DNA of 62,458 bases, the filler included, from Sphacelaria rigidula (lineage: Eukaryota), in NCBI GenBank assembly GCA_964200075.2. It is 6 parts of 6 records of this genome, joined end to end, with 100 filler letters (N's around TTAATTAATTAA, not from the genome) between each part and the next. Parts side by side here need not be neighbours in the genome. Positions count along the whole stretch, not along the records: positions 31,284 to 41,608 come from CAXNAA020006716.1; positions 41,709 to 52,033 come from CAXNAA020006717.1; 4 more parts are not named here. One strand, written 5' to 3'. The notes beneath the pieces were generated by a model that saw only the letters and a list, made by a program, of their open reading frames with translations, had not been told where the DNA came from and ran no database searches. Positions 37,801-50,922 of this stretch are shown here, in pieces. How positions within the stretch are numbered: the first letter of the stretch is position 1; every line of letters starts with the position of its first letter. A program made the translations under genes and the position numbers.

Positions 37801-39340
37801 CGGCAGGATCTTCCCACTATTTGACCACTACTCCAGTACATAATTTGCAATCGCTGCTATACCAGCCGAAATGGCGATGCCGAAGGGAAACAAATGAGTC
37901 TCGTGGGTAGGTGCCCGGTGGTGTGTAGTACGTCCTAATGCGCGCACAGGAGAAACATCGTACCATCGACGTCGCGACGTAGTAAAGCATGCCGTTGATG
38001 AAGCACAGCTTGTGCAGCTTGGAGATGGAGGAGTTCCAGAAACCCTTCTCGCCCATCAGCGACGCGCTGCCCATGCACCAACGGTATCTGCTCACGCGGC
38101 AAGAATTGCGGTCCGAGGGGAGATATATAAAACACCTCGATAGCTGTGCACAACAGACCTGCATAACGTAATATATTCCGGATAAAACCGTGGTTGTACG
38201 GATTCAAGACTGTAGCGTGAGAACAAACGAAAGACATACATAAAACAAGGAACACGAAAAGTAACCGGCACGGGGACTCGATCTGCTCAAATTTCGCTTC
38301 GAACCTATTCATAGTACGGCTCCTGCTACGGATTCACGATGTAATCCATGGTGAAATTTTCACGAATTGTGCTTTTGAGGGAGCGAGACGATATGTTTTG
38401 CAACGCCAACATGCTGGTTCAATTCCTCGTCAGCAGCAGCTGTTTTCTTTGCCCTAATTCGCGTCAAGCTCGTTTCACTGATGGGTCTCAGACCAAAAAG
38501 AAAAAAAAAGCGATTTCCTCCGTACACATCCCCGCAGATTTGGACTCTTCTACAGCACATAAATTTGTTGCATTTTCGCACAAAACCTCTCGGGGCCGGG
38601 GGGAAAAGGAGGGCTGTGCGACCGTTACAAGGGAGGCGTGCGCGCGCGGGGCGGGGGGCGGGGGGCGGGGAGGGGTTGTGCGCGTGCTTTGAACATAAAT
38701 TTCGACTCACTGCTGCATGAAGAAGGTCACCGGCTCATCCGGGCAAGCTCCCATCGCTAGGTTGAGCGGCACGTACTTGATCTGGCCCACCAACGACATT
38801 GAAAAATGACGAACGAAACAAGGCCGAGCGAACGGAAGGAAGGCACGGCGTCAGGCCCTAGTGAAACAGAATCAACACCTATCGGGTCAGTCTTCTTGGA
38901 TACAACGGCAAAAAACAGCAAGCCCGCCGTCGCTCTCCACTGAACACGGTGTACTGCATGCTGCTGATGTCTCTGCCTTATCAAGTGTTCGACAAAAACA
39001 CCAGAGGCAGTGTGAAGCTATGCTAGAACAGGGGTGATGAGGCGGGCAGCACGGACCACCTTGAGAGTTAAGCGCGTACTCTTTCTGCTCATGTTATTCG
39101 TGGTTGAATTGTCAGCTATGGGGGAATAGACTGACGGTTTTGGTAGCTGTGATTGGTCAGAATGGTTACTCCGCTCCGCTCGAGCCTCGTTCCTAGCTTT
39201 CTACCGTTTGACCGCGAGGATGAGTCAACTGCTGAATCGGCATCAATTTCACTTGAAAAAAGTATGCATGATCCAGATGGGGAGGTTCCGATCATACATA
39301 CATGCATGGCTGGGTGAGCTTTTCGACTGTCCAGAAAACG

Positions 39341-39386
<46 letters not shown>

Positions 39387-41412
39387 ACCCCCCACCCCCC
39401 CCCCCCCCCGCCCCCCTCACCCCCCCCCCCACACAAGACCCCAGCCACCGCCACCNNNNNNNNNNCGAACGGAAGGAAGGCACGGCGTCAGGCCCTAGTG
39501 AAACAGAATCAACACCTATCGGGTCAGTCTTCTTGGATACAACGGCAAAAAACAGCAAGCCCGCCGCCGCCGCCATAAACCACCCCCTCTTCCCTCCTGT
39601 AAATTATCGGATGTTCGTGGACTGGAAGACTGTAAAACTGTTCCAAAGCCACGCTCGCTGTCAGCCTAGCCCTCTCCAAATGCGTAACTGTTTTCCCCTG
39701 ATGTCACGCACGACGGGAAGATCTTTCCATCCACTCAAGACCCATTCAATTGCCAGTACTTCGATAAAGGTATACCTCTTCGTCCTGCGAAACATCTCCT
39801 CGTGTCTCCGGAAATATTCTCACGGAACGGATGCCCCATCATCTCGGGTCATCCATTCGGCATCGGAGCGTGATCATCAAACTCCAACGTACGGGACAGT
39901 ACACGAGAGGAAAACACAGCTCCGTCCCATTCGTTAAACCCCGCAAGCCATGAGGCAGTCACCCCCACGGCTCGGGAGAGGTGACGGGCACAACTACATC
40001 CTCTCCACCAAAAGTGAAGAATCCCACTCCCACTCCCACTCCCACTCCCGTAGAACGTACCGAGTACCCGTGTTCGGTCATCTTGAATCCCGTGTACATA
40101 TCTTCCGAGTGTGCAATGGGCGCCATCCCGCCAAAGGGTTCCAGCGCCGCTCTCCGGTACAGTCCGCAGGATCCCACGCAAACGGCAGCGTTAAACCTAT
40201 CCTGGTTCATCTACAGGATGAACCAATACGATACGACACAAGACGATGGAAAATGCCGGGGAATACGAAGGATTGCACGTCGGGATCTTGTTGCGAAGCT
40301 GCTCAGCCATCACGTTGATCTCCCCGATGTGGGAAAATCACCGGGTGGATTTATTTCAAAGAGTTCATTGAAATCGTTCCGGACTGGAGTGTTGCTCTTG
40401 TGCCGGAAAGACGTCGGTTGAATCAACATTCTCCCGGGAACCGCCCGAAGGGTTATTAAACCGAATGTAAACGAGCACCACTCGCAACTGGTGGAGCACA
40501 CCGCTTGTACACCATCCCGATCGCAACGACCTCTCGCAGTGGCTTGTCGGGCTTTTTCCGGGACTGTCAACGGTTCTTCCCCCACATGGCAGTCCACATC
40601 AACGCCTCCTCTCTATTTTGTCGTTTTCCCCCCAGCTGGTTTTCGACTCGAAAGTGCTCACCACGTCCCGCCCACCTCGGGGTGGGTCTGTCATGCGACC
40701 AGCACTATATTGACCTCAAAAACACTCGGAGTGATTATAGTGTCGGGACGCACTTCAAAGTCCAAACGTTTTGGTAGGCTGCGCACCAAGGCCCGGATCT
40801 TCACCATCGAGAAGCTCTTGGACCGTTTTGGGACCGGACTTCCAACAAAGGTATGTTTGTAGCACTTTCCCGCCACAATCGTGTGGTTATCGGCAGGTGT
40901 CCATGTATGTTGTTTTCAAGTCAAAACGATGCCGATGCACAAACCAGCCCTTGCGGCATCATTCTTGACTACAAAACTACACGAACAGACACCCACCGCT
41001 TACACACGATTGCGGGGGGTAGAGGGTCCCACCTCAGAAAAAAATCTCGTGCGTCCATACCGAAAAGCTACCCTCCACCTCACCAAAAACCTCATCGGGT
41101 CAACCCATTACTTCATCACACAGAGAAAACGTACGCACGTACAACGCACCTGCACCAAGCGGTAAAAAAACTCTTGGGTAACGCCGGCGCCCTTTTCGAT
41201 CCATGTCTGCTCGGGTTTGTATCGGAAGTACTGGGGCGTCTGCACGATGCCCACGCGAGAGTTGTTTAGGTAGGGAACAGTCTCCTTGAGGAAATCCGGT
41301 CGAGGGCAGAAATCCGCATCAAAGATCGCAATCGCCTCGCCCGTGGTCTTGGTGAAGGCGTAGCGAAGGTTTCCGGCTTTCTTCAGCTCCGGACGGTTGG
41401 TCCGTACGATGT
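34866..41412 (-). CDS. Cellulose-synthase-like processive GT2 glycosyltransferase (5'-partial)
   Basis: Eight phase-consistent exons: 41412-41150 (KKAGNL, FDAD, QTPQ), 40210-40061 (VGS, HSED), 38781-38711 and 38087-37964 (QQ|YRW), 37124-36949, 36238-36155, 35483-35391, 34956-34866 (stop TAG). The visible DxD, xED and QxxRW motifs are intact and are followed by hydrophobic TM segments. Confidence 0.93.
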
Positions 41413-41608
41413 CTTCAAGGACGAGCGGGGAGACGAATTTCCGTGCGTCCGTACGATCGAGACGGGGGGGATTGTGAGGTGGGGAGTCAGCATGGGCATG
41501 AGGGTCTTCCTCCCGTCCCCTCCCGTCCCCTCCCGTCCCCTCAACAACGTAATGAGCGCCAGAATGTTGGAGGTGTCTCTATTACGAGTAGGAACGGTGC
41601 TCCGTCTC

Positions 41609-41708
41609 NNNNNNNNNNNNNNNNNNNNNNNNNNNNNNNNNNNNNNNNNNNNTTAATTAATTAANNNNNNNNNNNNNNNNNNNNNNNNNNNNNNNNNNNN
41701 NNNNNNNN
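41609..41708. other. Artificial contig linker
   Basis: Same N44-TTAATTAATTAA-N44 linker. Confidence 0.98.
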
Positions 41709-42786
41709 CTCCGGTCTGTTCGTGCTTTTGGTCGGTGACACTTTTTGGGCTCATTTTGGGGGGTCAGGCGCGCCCATAACTGTAGTACATCCAACGCATA
41801 CAACACTGTAGTAGGGTCTGTACTGTTGTCCGTGCTGCCCGCACAACCGAGTACTGCAGTGCAGCGAACTTGCAGCTCAGTTCAGGTCTGAGCATGCAAC
41901 GTGTTGCGAACAGACGTCGTTTTGCAGTATAGACTGCCTACGCCCCCAAGCCTTGTAGAGACAGGACCGTACTGACAGAACACACAAGACCATGAATAGT
42001 GCTACTGTTGTAAAACAGTACTACAGCCAATGCATACAATACAGCACTGTTGTGTGTACTATTGTCCGTACTGCCCTTTCAGTCAAGTACTACCGTGCAG
42101 TGAAAAAGCACAACCGTTACTTTTACAGTCTGTTGGTACAACAAGGCGGTGTTCTTATTGGTCGTCTTGCGTCACTCAGCCCACCATGTATTCCTCAGGC
42201 ATTGTATCACAGCAGTACAGACAGTCAGTACGGACCGTGCACCACGACAGGACAGCAGTCTCTCTCGCGCGCCCCAGAATTTGAAATTATGCCTGCACAC
42301 CTCAAAGAAGACGATGAACACTGCGTTTTCAATGTTGATGGTGCCTCAATCACGCAAGAAGGGCAACTCTGAAAAAGTCCCCTGAAAAACGTGCACTTGA
42401 AGAACGGCTTTGCTGATAACGTGTCTTGAGTATATAAGAAGTAACCTGAAATGTTCAGTCGCCAATAACTCACAAAAAAAAAGAAGTAGGTGAGGGGGGG
42501 AGGGTGGTGGTGGGATCTTCGCACATACCTCTTGTACATCGTGTCAAAATTTCATAGAAGACGACCCATTTAGCAGCATAATCGTGTGTTAGTGTGGAAG
42601 ACTGATTCCTTTGTGGAGATGGACCAACCACGAAAAAATGAAACGCAGATATGCTGTTAAATTTCAACTCGATTCTCACGAAATTTTGACACGATGTGCA
42701 TGAGGTATGTTATCAAGACCCTATTGTCCCCCTTTGTGTCGATGGGTTGTCGATGCTTTTGTACCGGGAAATTGTTCCGAAATTTT

Positions 42787-44677
42787 CAGGGATATACAGG
42801 TTACACGTTACATGTTCATGTTACGTTCATCACCTATAAAAATTAACGTCCACGTTACGTTACGTATGTCACGTTAAAAATGTAGCGTTACGTTGATATT
42901 ATTTGAAAATTCAACGTTACGTTACGTTTTCGTTACGTTCATCACGCAAAATGTTTGTAACGCTACGTTTCGTTACATGTTACGTAATATGAAACGTTTC
43001 ATGTAACGTGTAACGTCCAGTATAACGTCACGTTGACACGTGTAACGTTTCATGTAACGTTTCATTAGAGAGTTTCGGAAACAAAAAACCGGCGGGAAAA
43101 ACTCAGGGTTTCTTTCGGTTTAGGAGTCGAGATATAAGGCCAGGATATGACGAATTCCCCTAGTCAAACCCCGAAAATTGAACCCTAGGAAGAGACGTGC
43201 GCAGCAACTCAGGATTAATTTTCAAAATTTCAAATAAACCCCGAGTTGCCAAACACCCCAAAGCGTTTGTTCCCAACTGAGAGTTGGGAAACGGAACTAA
43301 ATACCCTGCCCCATAACGACCAAGGTTATAGAACACAGCCGTAGAACAAATATCTTCAACGGGGCGATGTCGGATGTCGTGAACGTATGTGAGAGCGCAG
43401 TGAACCTTTATCGAGAATGGCTGTACTTCCTCAAAATATGCACACGCACACACTCAGGCATGTGTACACTTGTACTACAGACAGCACAGTACAGAACACT
43501 TACTACAGATACAGTATACAGAACTGTCTACAGACAGTGCAGCAATTCAACTCTCAACTGTCACAACTTGCACAAGTGCTGTACCACACACCGACATGTG
43601 CAGAACTTCTGAACGACCAGCGGGCGCCGTGGTGCGCTGCTTGTTTGCCCAACGCTGTGGATTGTGCCGGGTTCGTAGCCAAAGGCAGTGTTGACAAAAG
43701 TGCTGTCGCGTATTGAACGGTACGAGGACAGCACGAACAACTGTACTCATGCTACGATAGGACGGGGGGTATTTTGGGTCATTGTTTCCACGAACTTCAA
43801 CTTCGAATCATCGTTGTAAGAAGCGAAGATCGTCCGATCGCGCGTGTCACCGATAAATAAAGCCCATTCATATCGCTTGACGCCGTTTTACCCACATACA
43901 AGTGCACGGCGAGTGTGTCAGGTTGTCCGAAACACGTGTGAGTCCTTTTTCCTGAAATCAAACACCCAACCTAGCGTAGCACGACTCTGTACATGCTCTT
44001 CCGCGCTGTACGGGTAGCACCGCATGGATGGGCGCAGAGTACAAACGCAGAACAGCACGGCGTCACTTCTACCTCTTCAACTCATGACGCCGACCACGTG
44101 GCATTCGGAACAGAAAATACTAAACCCTTGAAAAGTTGGCCACGGTCCACACCTACGTGGTGAAACAAAATAAAAATAAACCTGGGGTTTAAGCGTAAAC
44201 AACCCAGTCGTTTCTCGCTTATCCCTGAGTTCTGTTTTTTTTTCTTTCCGAAACTCTCTGTTCCAGTGTTTAAAGCGTTGTAACTTGTGTAACGCGTGAC
44301 GTCACCGTGTACGTGACGCTGAAGCATAATCTTCTAGGATTTCAGAATTCATTGCAAACTTGAAGTGTCACCGCTGCATGTAACGTGTTTATGACGTTTC
44401 ATGTAACGTGTAACGTAATATGAAGCGTTTCGTGTAACGTGTGACGTCTAATGCACGTGTAACGTGTTATAGACGTTACACGTTTCGTATCACATGTTTT
44501 GAGCGTTCGGGCAATTTAACGTTCACGTTACGTCACGTATGTCACGTATGTCACGTTAAAAAAAATTACGTTACGTTCACGTTACGTTCATCACGTCAAA
44601 AAATTTCAACGCTCACGTTACGTTTCGGCCAACACGTAACGTGTAACGCTGTGTCACGTGTAACATGTATATCCTTT
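42787..44677. mobile_element. Non-autonomous hAT-like element with ACGT/GTTAC-saturated arms
   Basis: TIR CAGGGATATACAGGTTACACGT vs right end rc AAAGGATATACATGTTACACGT. 8-bp TSD GAAATTTT (42779-42786) / GAAATTTC (44678-44685). Subterminal arrays at 42790-43070 and ~44280-44670. It sits inside another repeat (CATCGTGTCAAAATTTC motif at ~42540, ~42690 rc, ~44760). Confidence 0.75.
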
Positions 44678-47600
44678 GAAATTTCGATCACCAACAATCA
44701 CGAGGGGAAAATAAAAGATGAGGGGGAACGATAGGGGCTTCGCACACACCTCATGTACATCGTGTCAAAATTTCATGGAGAACGACTCAAAATCGACCAC
44801 CGCAACCGCGCTTTTCTGTTGAGAACCGGTCAAGTGGCTTTAAGACTAAAACCTCAGCCGGAACTTTGACGTTTTCTACAAGTCTTCTTCACCCCGCTGT
44901 TCACCGGTTCGCACACTACTATCAGACACCTTGGTGCGCTGGAGGCCTCGTCTGCATGCCATGTCAGACACTCCCGCCTACAGTACGACATGTATTGTTG
45001 TACAAGCACAACTTGAGCAGCACCATCACTTTGCGGCCGCGGCACAACCGACTGTAAGAAAATACGATTTCAGCCGTTTCCCCCCCCCTAATTCCGCCGC
45101 ATAGGTCACCCTCAACTCTCTGCGAATCGCAGCTGACTACAGTTTGGTTTTTCGTTTGATGGGAACTTGTCGGATCGCAGTGCTACGCGAATTGATAGAC
45201 GCGCGTTGATTTGCAGATTACCACGATGTGTCACAGTATGCACAACCCGCGATAGATCGTCAGGTAGAACGGGCCCATCCTGTATTGGCGTCCCGTCGTC
45301 CTGAAAAATCCGTGTTTGAAAGTAACTCGTGCTCCGAAAAATCGTGCGGGCGTTTCTCAGACGTACGTCGAATCCTTCCCCAGTCACCGACGTCATACCT
45401 CGTACCAGTCACCTTCAGAGGTCACGGACCTCATGCACTGCTCTTTCTAAGGTGGGCTCCAAATGTGGTGAAGTAGACATCATGATCGCATACCGTATCG
45501 CCCTCTGAGCTTCTCATTTGGGCAAAGTGAAGATGTACCGGGACTCAATGTAATTATTCAAATTAGGGGACGAAGCCCGCGACACAAGCTACACGTACTG
45601 CTCCCTCTCACGGTGATAAATGACAGTCGGCTCGGGGGTCCTCTCCCATGATGGAGCTGTTGACGAGCTTGATGCCATCTTGCAGCACCACCAGTGTGCT
45701 TTTGCCTGCGCATATCGGGTGCTCGTGTGCCTATGTGGCGCAATTTTCCATCGTAATCCCACCCCATTTTGTGAAACGAAACGTCTCCAGGCATGCAATC
45801 ATGCAACCTTAAGAGACGTACCCGGTACTCAATGCAGCATTATAGTCTCATCGCCCACACTGCGTCAATCGACCAGCGGCGGAGCTGTACATCACCAGGT
45901 TGGTCTGCAGCTCGCAGCGATATGCTCAAGTCCGGGCTTATTCCGGAAACTTGAGACGTTGTGGTGTGATGTACGTATGCGGATTTACGGCTGGCCCGGC
46001 TCGTAAGCCTGTCGAGCCTGTATACTCAACAACCACAACGCGTTATTTTTGGGGTTGTAAGTGTGGAGAACGACACACAGGCAGTAGAAGCCAAAATTAA
46101 CCACGAACCCTAACAACATGCCGTGCGTGCGGCTCACATCCCACATCTGTGACAGGATAGGTACAACACAGTAATAGAGCACCGCACCACACCGCACGAT
46201 GCAGTACTGTACGGTCCGACATATATGCATGGGTACCTGTCATGAACAGACCTTACTCCCAGCACGACGCCGGGGCAACAGCGACGTGTTTCGGGGGGTG
46301 ATGGCAATCAAGCGTACAGTACAAGAAAACATATCTATCTGCGAAGATAGAAGATGTGTGCCTGCGCAGTCCATGAGCAGTACTTGTACGGTAGTTGGTA
46401 GTGGCTCGTGCCCCCGACCACGCCGCTGCCAGCCGTGACTGCATGGGTTGTACATGACTAATAGATATGCCGTTGCTGCTCCTCTCAGGCGTCGCGTCTG
46501 CGTTGCTTCCCTCGCCTCCCACTTGCTTCCTGGTGTTGCGTGTTGGTGATGCACATGTGCATCTGTCAGGGGTGAGTGCCGAAACGGAAGCCGGCAGTTT
46601 TTTTTTCGTGTAGACCCAAACGAATAGTGACCCACATGTAACTTCAATTCACGCCATCGACTGCTCAGAATTTCGCCCATCACCATGAAACAAGCACACG
46701 CACCTGTGTTCCAGTCTCGGGGCAGTTCCAACTGCGGGTCATGTCCCCCCTTCTTCGGAGGCTCTCAATCATGAGAGAAAACTTCTAATATTATGCACTA
46801 TTATTCTGTTCATCGCCAAGTATACGCAATTGAACAACGCCTTCACGGTTAGGACGAATCACGATTCATACGAGTTGACTCCTCATGACATGGCAGGAAT
46901 CAACCTGTATTCAACAGTTCATCCAGCATGCACCCGACTGTGAAAAACATGCAATGCAATCATCTCAACGGCATACAGATGGGGAGAAAAGTACGACTGA
47001 TGCAAGGCCCATGTCATGAGAGGATTCAACGATGTCCCGACTTTTCATCCCGCACGACTCACATGCATGGCATAGATGTAGATACCATTCACGCCTCATG
47101 GCAAGTGTGGGTGGCATGTACAATCGATTCATTCCGCATCTTTTACAGGGGATTAGTATGTGTCCATGATCCACCCCCTATGACCTGAAGGTAGAAAACA
47201 GGTACCGTTGGCGGTGTACTGCACGACACAAGAGCTCAAAACCTACATGAATTGCAAATGATGTACGAATCGTATGAGTTATTCGTTGGGATGAACATGA
47301 GCCGAATCACGATGAATCACGATTTTAATTTTTTCGTCCTAACCGTGAACGCCTTTACCACGCAGGGATCGTCTGTGCGTAAGTAACTTAAAACCGAAGA
47401 GTTCTAGGGGGTCAGTTTTTGTGGCAGGCCGTAGGAGTGGATCAATCGCTGGATTATGACGGTTGAGTCGCGCGGTGATGAGAGAATACCTGGCATGTTG
47501 CGATTGCCCAACTTGCTGTACCAGCTTACCCCCGGACACACCTGGAATAAATCAGTGTCTGAGGGACCGTCTGCAACACTACTACGTAACCATGTTGAGA

Positions 47601-49517
47601 CGGCGGTATCATTCCTTGTCTTGGATAAGGTGTACACCCTGTAATACAAATCAGCTTACGACTGTTCTGCTTCATGTATTTAGTAATGATGTATGACTTG
47701 CGACAGCTGTATTTGTACCCAGCCTCCAAATGTAATACTCCACAGTGATCTGAACACATATGTATAAACAGAGGATTGTGTCCACACTGTATGGTGGCAG
47801 AAATGATTTTTTTCAAGAAGCGTGCATCCCTTTCACTGCACTAGGACACTATACTGTGCTAAGAGATACCCCTCGAAAAACGGATGCCCATCACAGGCTT
47901 TTATAATAATAGAGGGGGTGGCTCATAGCCTGCGGTTGATGGGGCCCCTTGATTGCAGTTGGTATAGACCTGCAAAAAAATGCGATGTATGTTTCCAACC
48001 CTGTGGTCGAGAGGGTACTGTTTTGGTCATTGGTCACAGATAGGCTTATATGGCACAGCACGGATGATGTATCTTCATCACGTCATGGCTACATATATAT
48101 TCTGGGAAGGATATGACGGTACTGGAACGACAACTTGCATAGCACCCCCCCCGGGGGTTACCCGAGAAAAATCAGACAATACTTCTCGTCAGAAGCACGT
48201 TTTGGCTCAGGTAGTGATGGTGAATAAATGAGAGTATACATTTTCGACTTTAGCCACTGTAGGGTGCTGTGCTGAGCGAGGTTTTGCTCGTACAACTAAC
48301 TGAAGTCAAAGTTATACTTTTTTTGCACGAAGGGGTATGTATAGTGATGGCTGAAACAAGCACAGAGGGTGGTACAGTGACGGTAATCGGCAACATGTAG
48401 GCAAAAGGCGATTTGTGAGTGGAGGTTGCCCCGCTGTTGCATCCGACACGTGTTTTGATCGGTGCAAATCTAACCCGGGTGTCGTACCCGCAATGTTTCC
48501 CCATTGGCTAGTTGACACCAACCGCCACTGCACCTACTGCCATGAATGCGGTCTAATCATTTTGACGAGGCGGCTGACCCGGCATTCGCACCGCGCCTTT
48601 CATTGCTTGGAGGAGGCAGTGTGGGCTTCCCGGCAACACGAGAACAGAGAAACAGCACAGAACTGAAGAGTGCATTCACTAGTATCGTACAGCATAAGCG
48701 ATTCGATTCTGAAGATGCAAGAGCGTACAGTACGCTGCCGTTCGAGCGGTTTTTCCACGTGTTAATGATATGCGGACAGGTATATGCTAAGTAAAAGTCC
48801 CCTGGTTGGGGAAGTGCCGTGACGGGTAATATGCAAGGTTCAGTTCACAAAAATTGCTGCAAAAAACTGTCATGCCTTCAAATTCTCCTCATCTAGCGAA
48901 TAATCTAGCGGGTTATTTGTTTCTCGCAAACGATGAGAAGAAACAGGATTGAACGTGTATTTACAGGAATGATTTTCACCGCTGTCTATACCTGCTGCGT
49001 GTCATTCGGAGGCGAATGCTCGAGCTACACTGTTCCTTTCGTTGCCCCTCTCTCTTCCGGCGGAGACTTTCCTAGTCCGTTGCCACGTGATGTCCGGCCT
49101 CCACTATATCTGAAGAAACCCAAGCGCAGATTTGCTTTCAGTTGCACTCCCACAACACCGTCGATGACATACGTCACAGTGCGATAGTGGTTGTGGACTA
49201 GACCGTACAGATACCCGTGAAAGTAGGGCATGAAGTACCTTGAGCCACCATCCCGGTAGTCCATCACAGATTATTGACTGAGTCGGAATTGAGTCATTCA
49301 CCATCGCGAAGTATAAACTAACGAATGTTGACTGGCCACCCTTGACTATCGGGTTTACTGTGGCGCGAAGAAATGGCTCCGGGTACCGCAATCTACTGCT
49401 AGCTGTTTGCCCATGTCACATTATTTATACCTGCACTGTAGTCGCAAAAGCCGACGTATCGAGAAATCCTCCTCGCATGGACATCTGTTGTTGCATTTGC
49501 TCTGTTTCCGTGTGCAG

Positions 49518-50922
49518 GTTACCGCAGGTGGTGATGTGCACTGCTCAAAACCTGCTCCAGCGGTTCTTCTACCGTAAGTCGTTAACCAAGTTCGACGCCT
49601 TCAGTGTTGCGATGGCCTGCATGTTGCTGGCAATGAAGATCGAGGAGGACACACGTCAACCTCGTGCAGCGGTGCTGGTGTTTCAACGTATGTTCGAGCG
49701 GCGTGTTGGCGTCGAGCCTGCAGCCGTGAGTTCCCAAAAGTCGCAGCGGATCTTTAGGGACGAAATGCTACGCGTTGAACTACATGTTTTAAAGGAGTTG
49801 GGATTCGGATTCTACAACATCATGGACCACCCCCACAAGTTCATTCTCTATTACCTCAGGGTCCTGGAATTGGATATCGAAGGAGATGTGTCACAACGTG
49901 CCTGGAACTACCTGAATGACTCTCTTCGCACTGATCTGTCTCTGAGGTTCCGCTCTGAGGTAATCGCATGCGCCGCAATCTACATGGCGTCGCGCTCTCT
50001 CGCCATCAGACTGCCTGATAATCCACCATGGTGGGTTCTATTCAATGCGGATATGAAGGAAATGGGAGAGATCTGCAACACCATTTTGGCTCTCTACCAG
50101 CGTCCACGAGTTGCTTTCTTGGAACCGCTATGCGAAAAGAGCATTTTCAGAAGAGGCGGTCCGCTGAGGGAGGACTCCGGGATAGAGGATGTTCCTGAAA
50201 TTTATACTCCGGTGGATGGAGTGGAAGAAGCCAGCACGCCGCCACCGGTCAACGCGGAAGAAAATTTGGTGGCGGAAGAAGGTGGCCAAAACCTCGCCAT
50301 TACTGTGGAACCCCGCACGTTAGCTGGTCCTGCAAACAATGGAGCACCACCTGCCGAGAGTCCTACAATTACGGTTCCGTCTGACACGGTTGCAAGCGAT
50401 GTTGCCGAAGAGCAAAACGGAATCGTCGCGTTGACCGAAGACAAGCCCGCCGAAAGAGGAAGCGAAGGCAGGAGCGAAAGCCAAAGCCGGAGCCGCAGCC
50501 GTAGCCAGAGCCAGAGCAAAAGCTACAGGAGTCACAGCACAAGCCGCAGTGCACCTGGTCCCGAGTTGGTGGACGGTGCAGATAAGGATGGTGGTGAGCG
50601 ATTCGACCGGGAAAGAGAGCGGGAAAGAGATCGCCGGCGAAGTCGAAGCCGCGAAAGGGGCAGCCGACGGAGAGAGAGGGATCAACGGCGAAGTCGTAGT
50701 CGAAGCCGCGAGAGGACCGGGGATAGAGAACGAACCAGAGATCGGGATCGAGGCAGGGATCGAGGTAGAGATCGTGACAGGGACCGGCACGATCGCGATC
50801 GAGACAGAGTCAGAGACAGAGATCGCGACCGTGATAGGGACAGAGATCGTGACAGAGACAGGTCATCTCGAAGTAGCAGAGACCATGATCGCGGTGAAAG
50901 TAGTCGAAGGAGCCGGAGATGA
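49518..50922 (+). CDS. CCNL1: Cyclin L (main exon; first exon not identified)
   Basis: After acceptor TGCAG|: LPQVVMCTAQNLLQRFFY...LAMKIEE...ELHVLKELGFGFY..HPHKF...AWNYLNDSLRT..IACAAIY..LPDNPPWW (cyclin-L boxes), then an RS/RD-rich tail; stop TGA at 50920-50922. Confidence 0.92.

Noticed and set aside
39341-39570. Long poly-C tract and ~100-bp duplication of 38828-38930
   Set aside because: Both abut an N gap and are probably sequencing/assembly artefacts, as are the poly-G runs at 3296-3413.
49025-49391. Protein-looking minus-strand ORFs upstream of the cyclin exon
   Set aside because: No recognisable domain or consistent splice structure; cannot be supported without a search.
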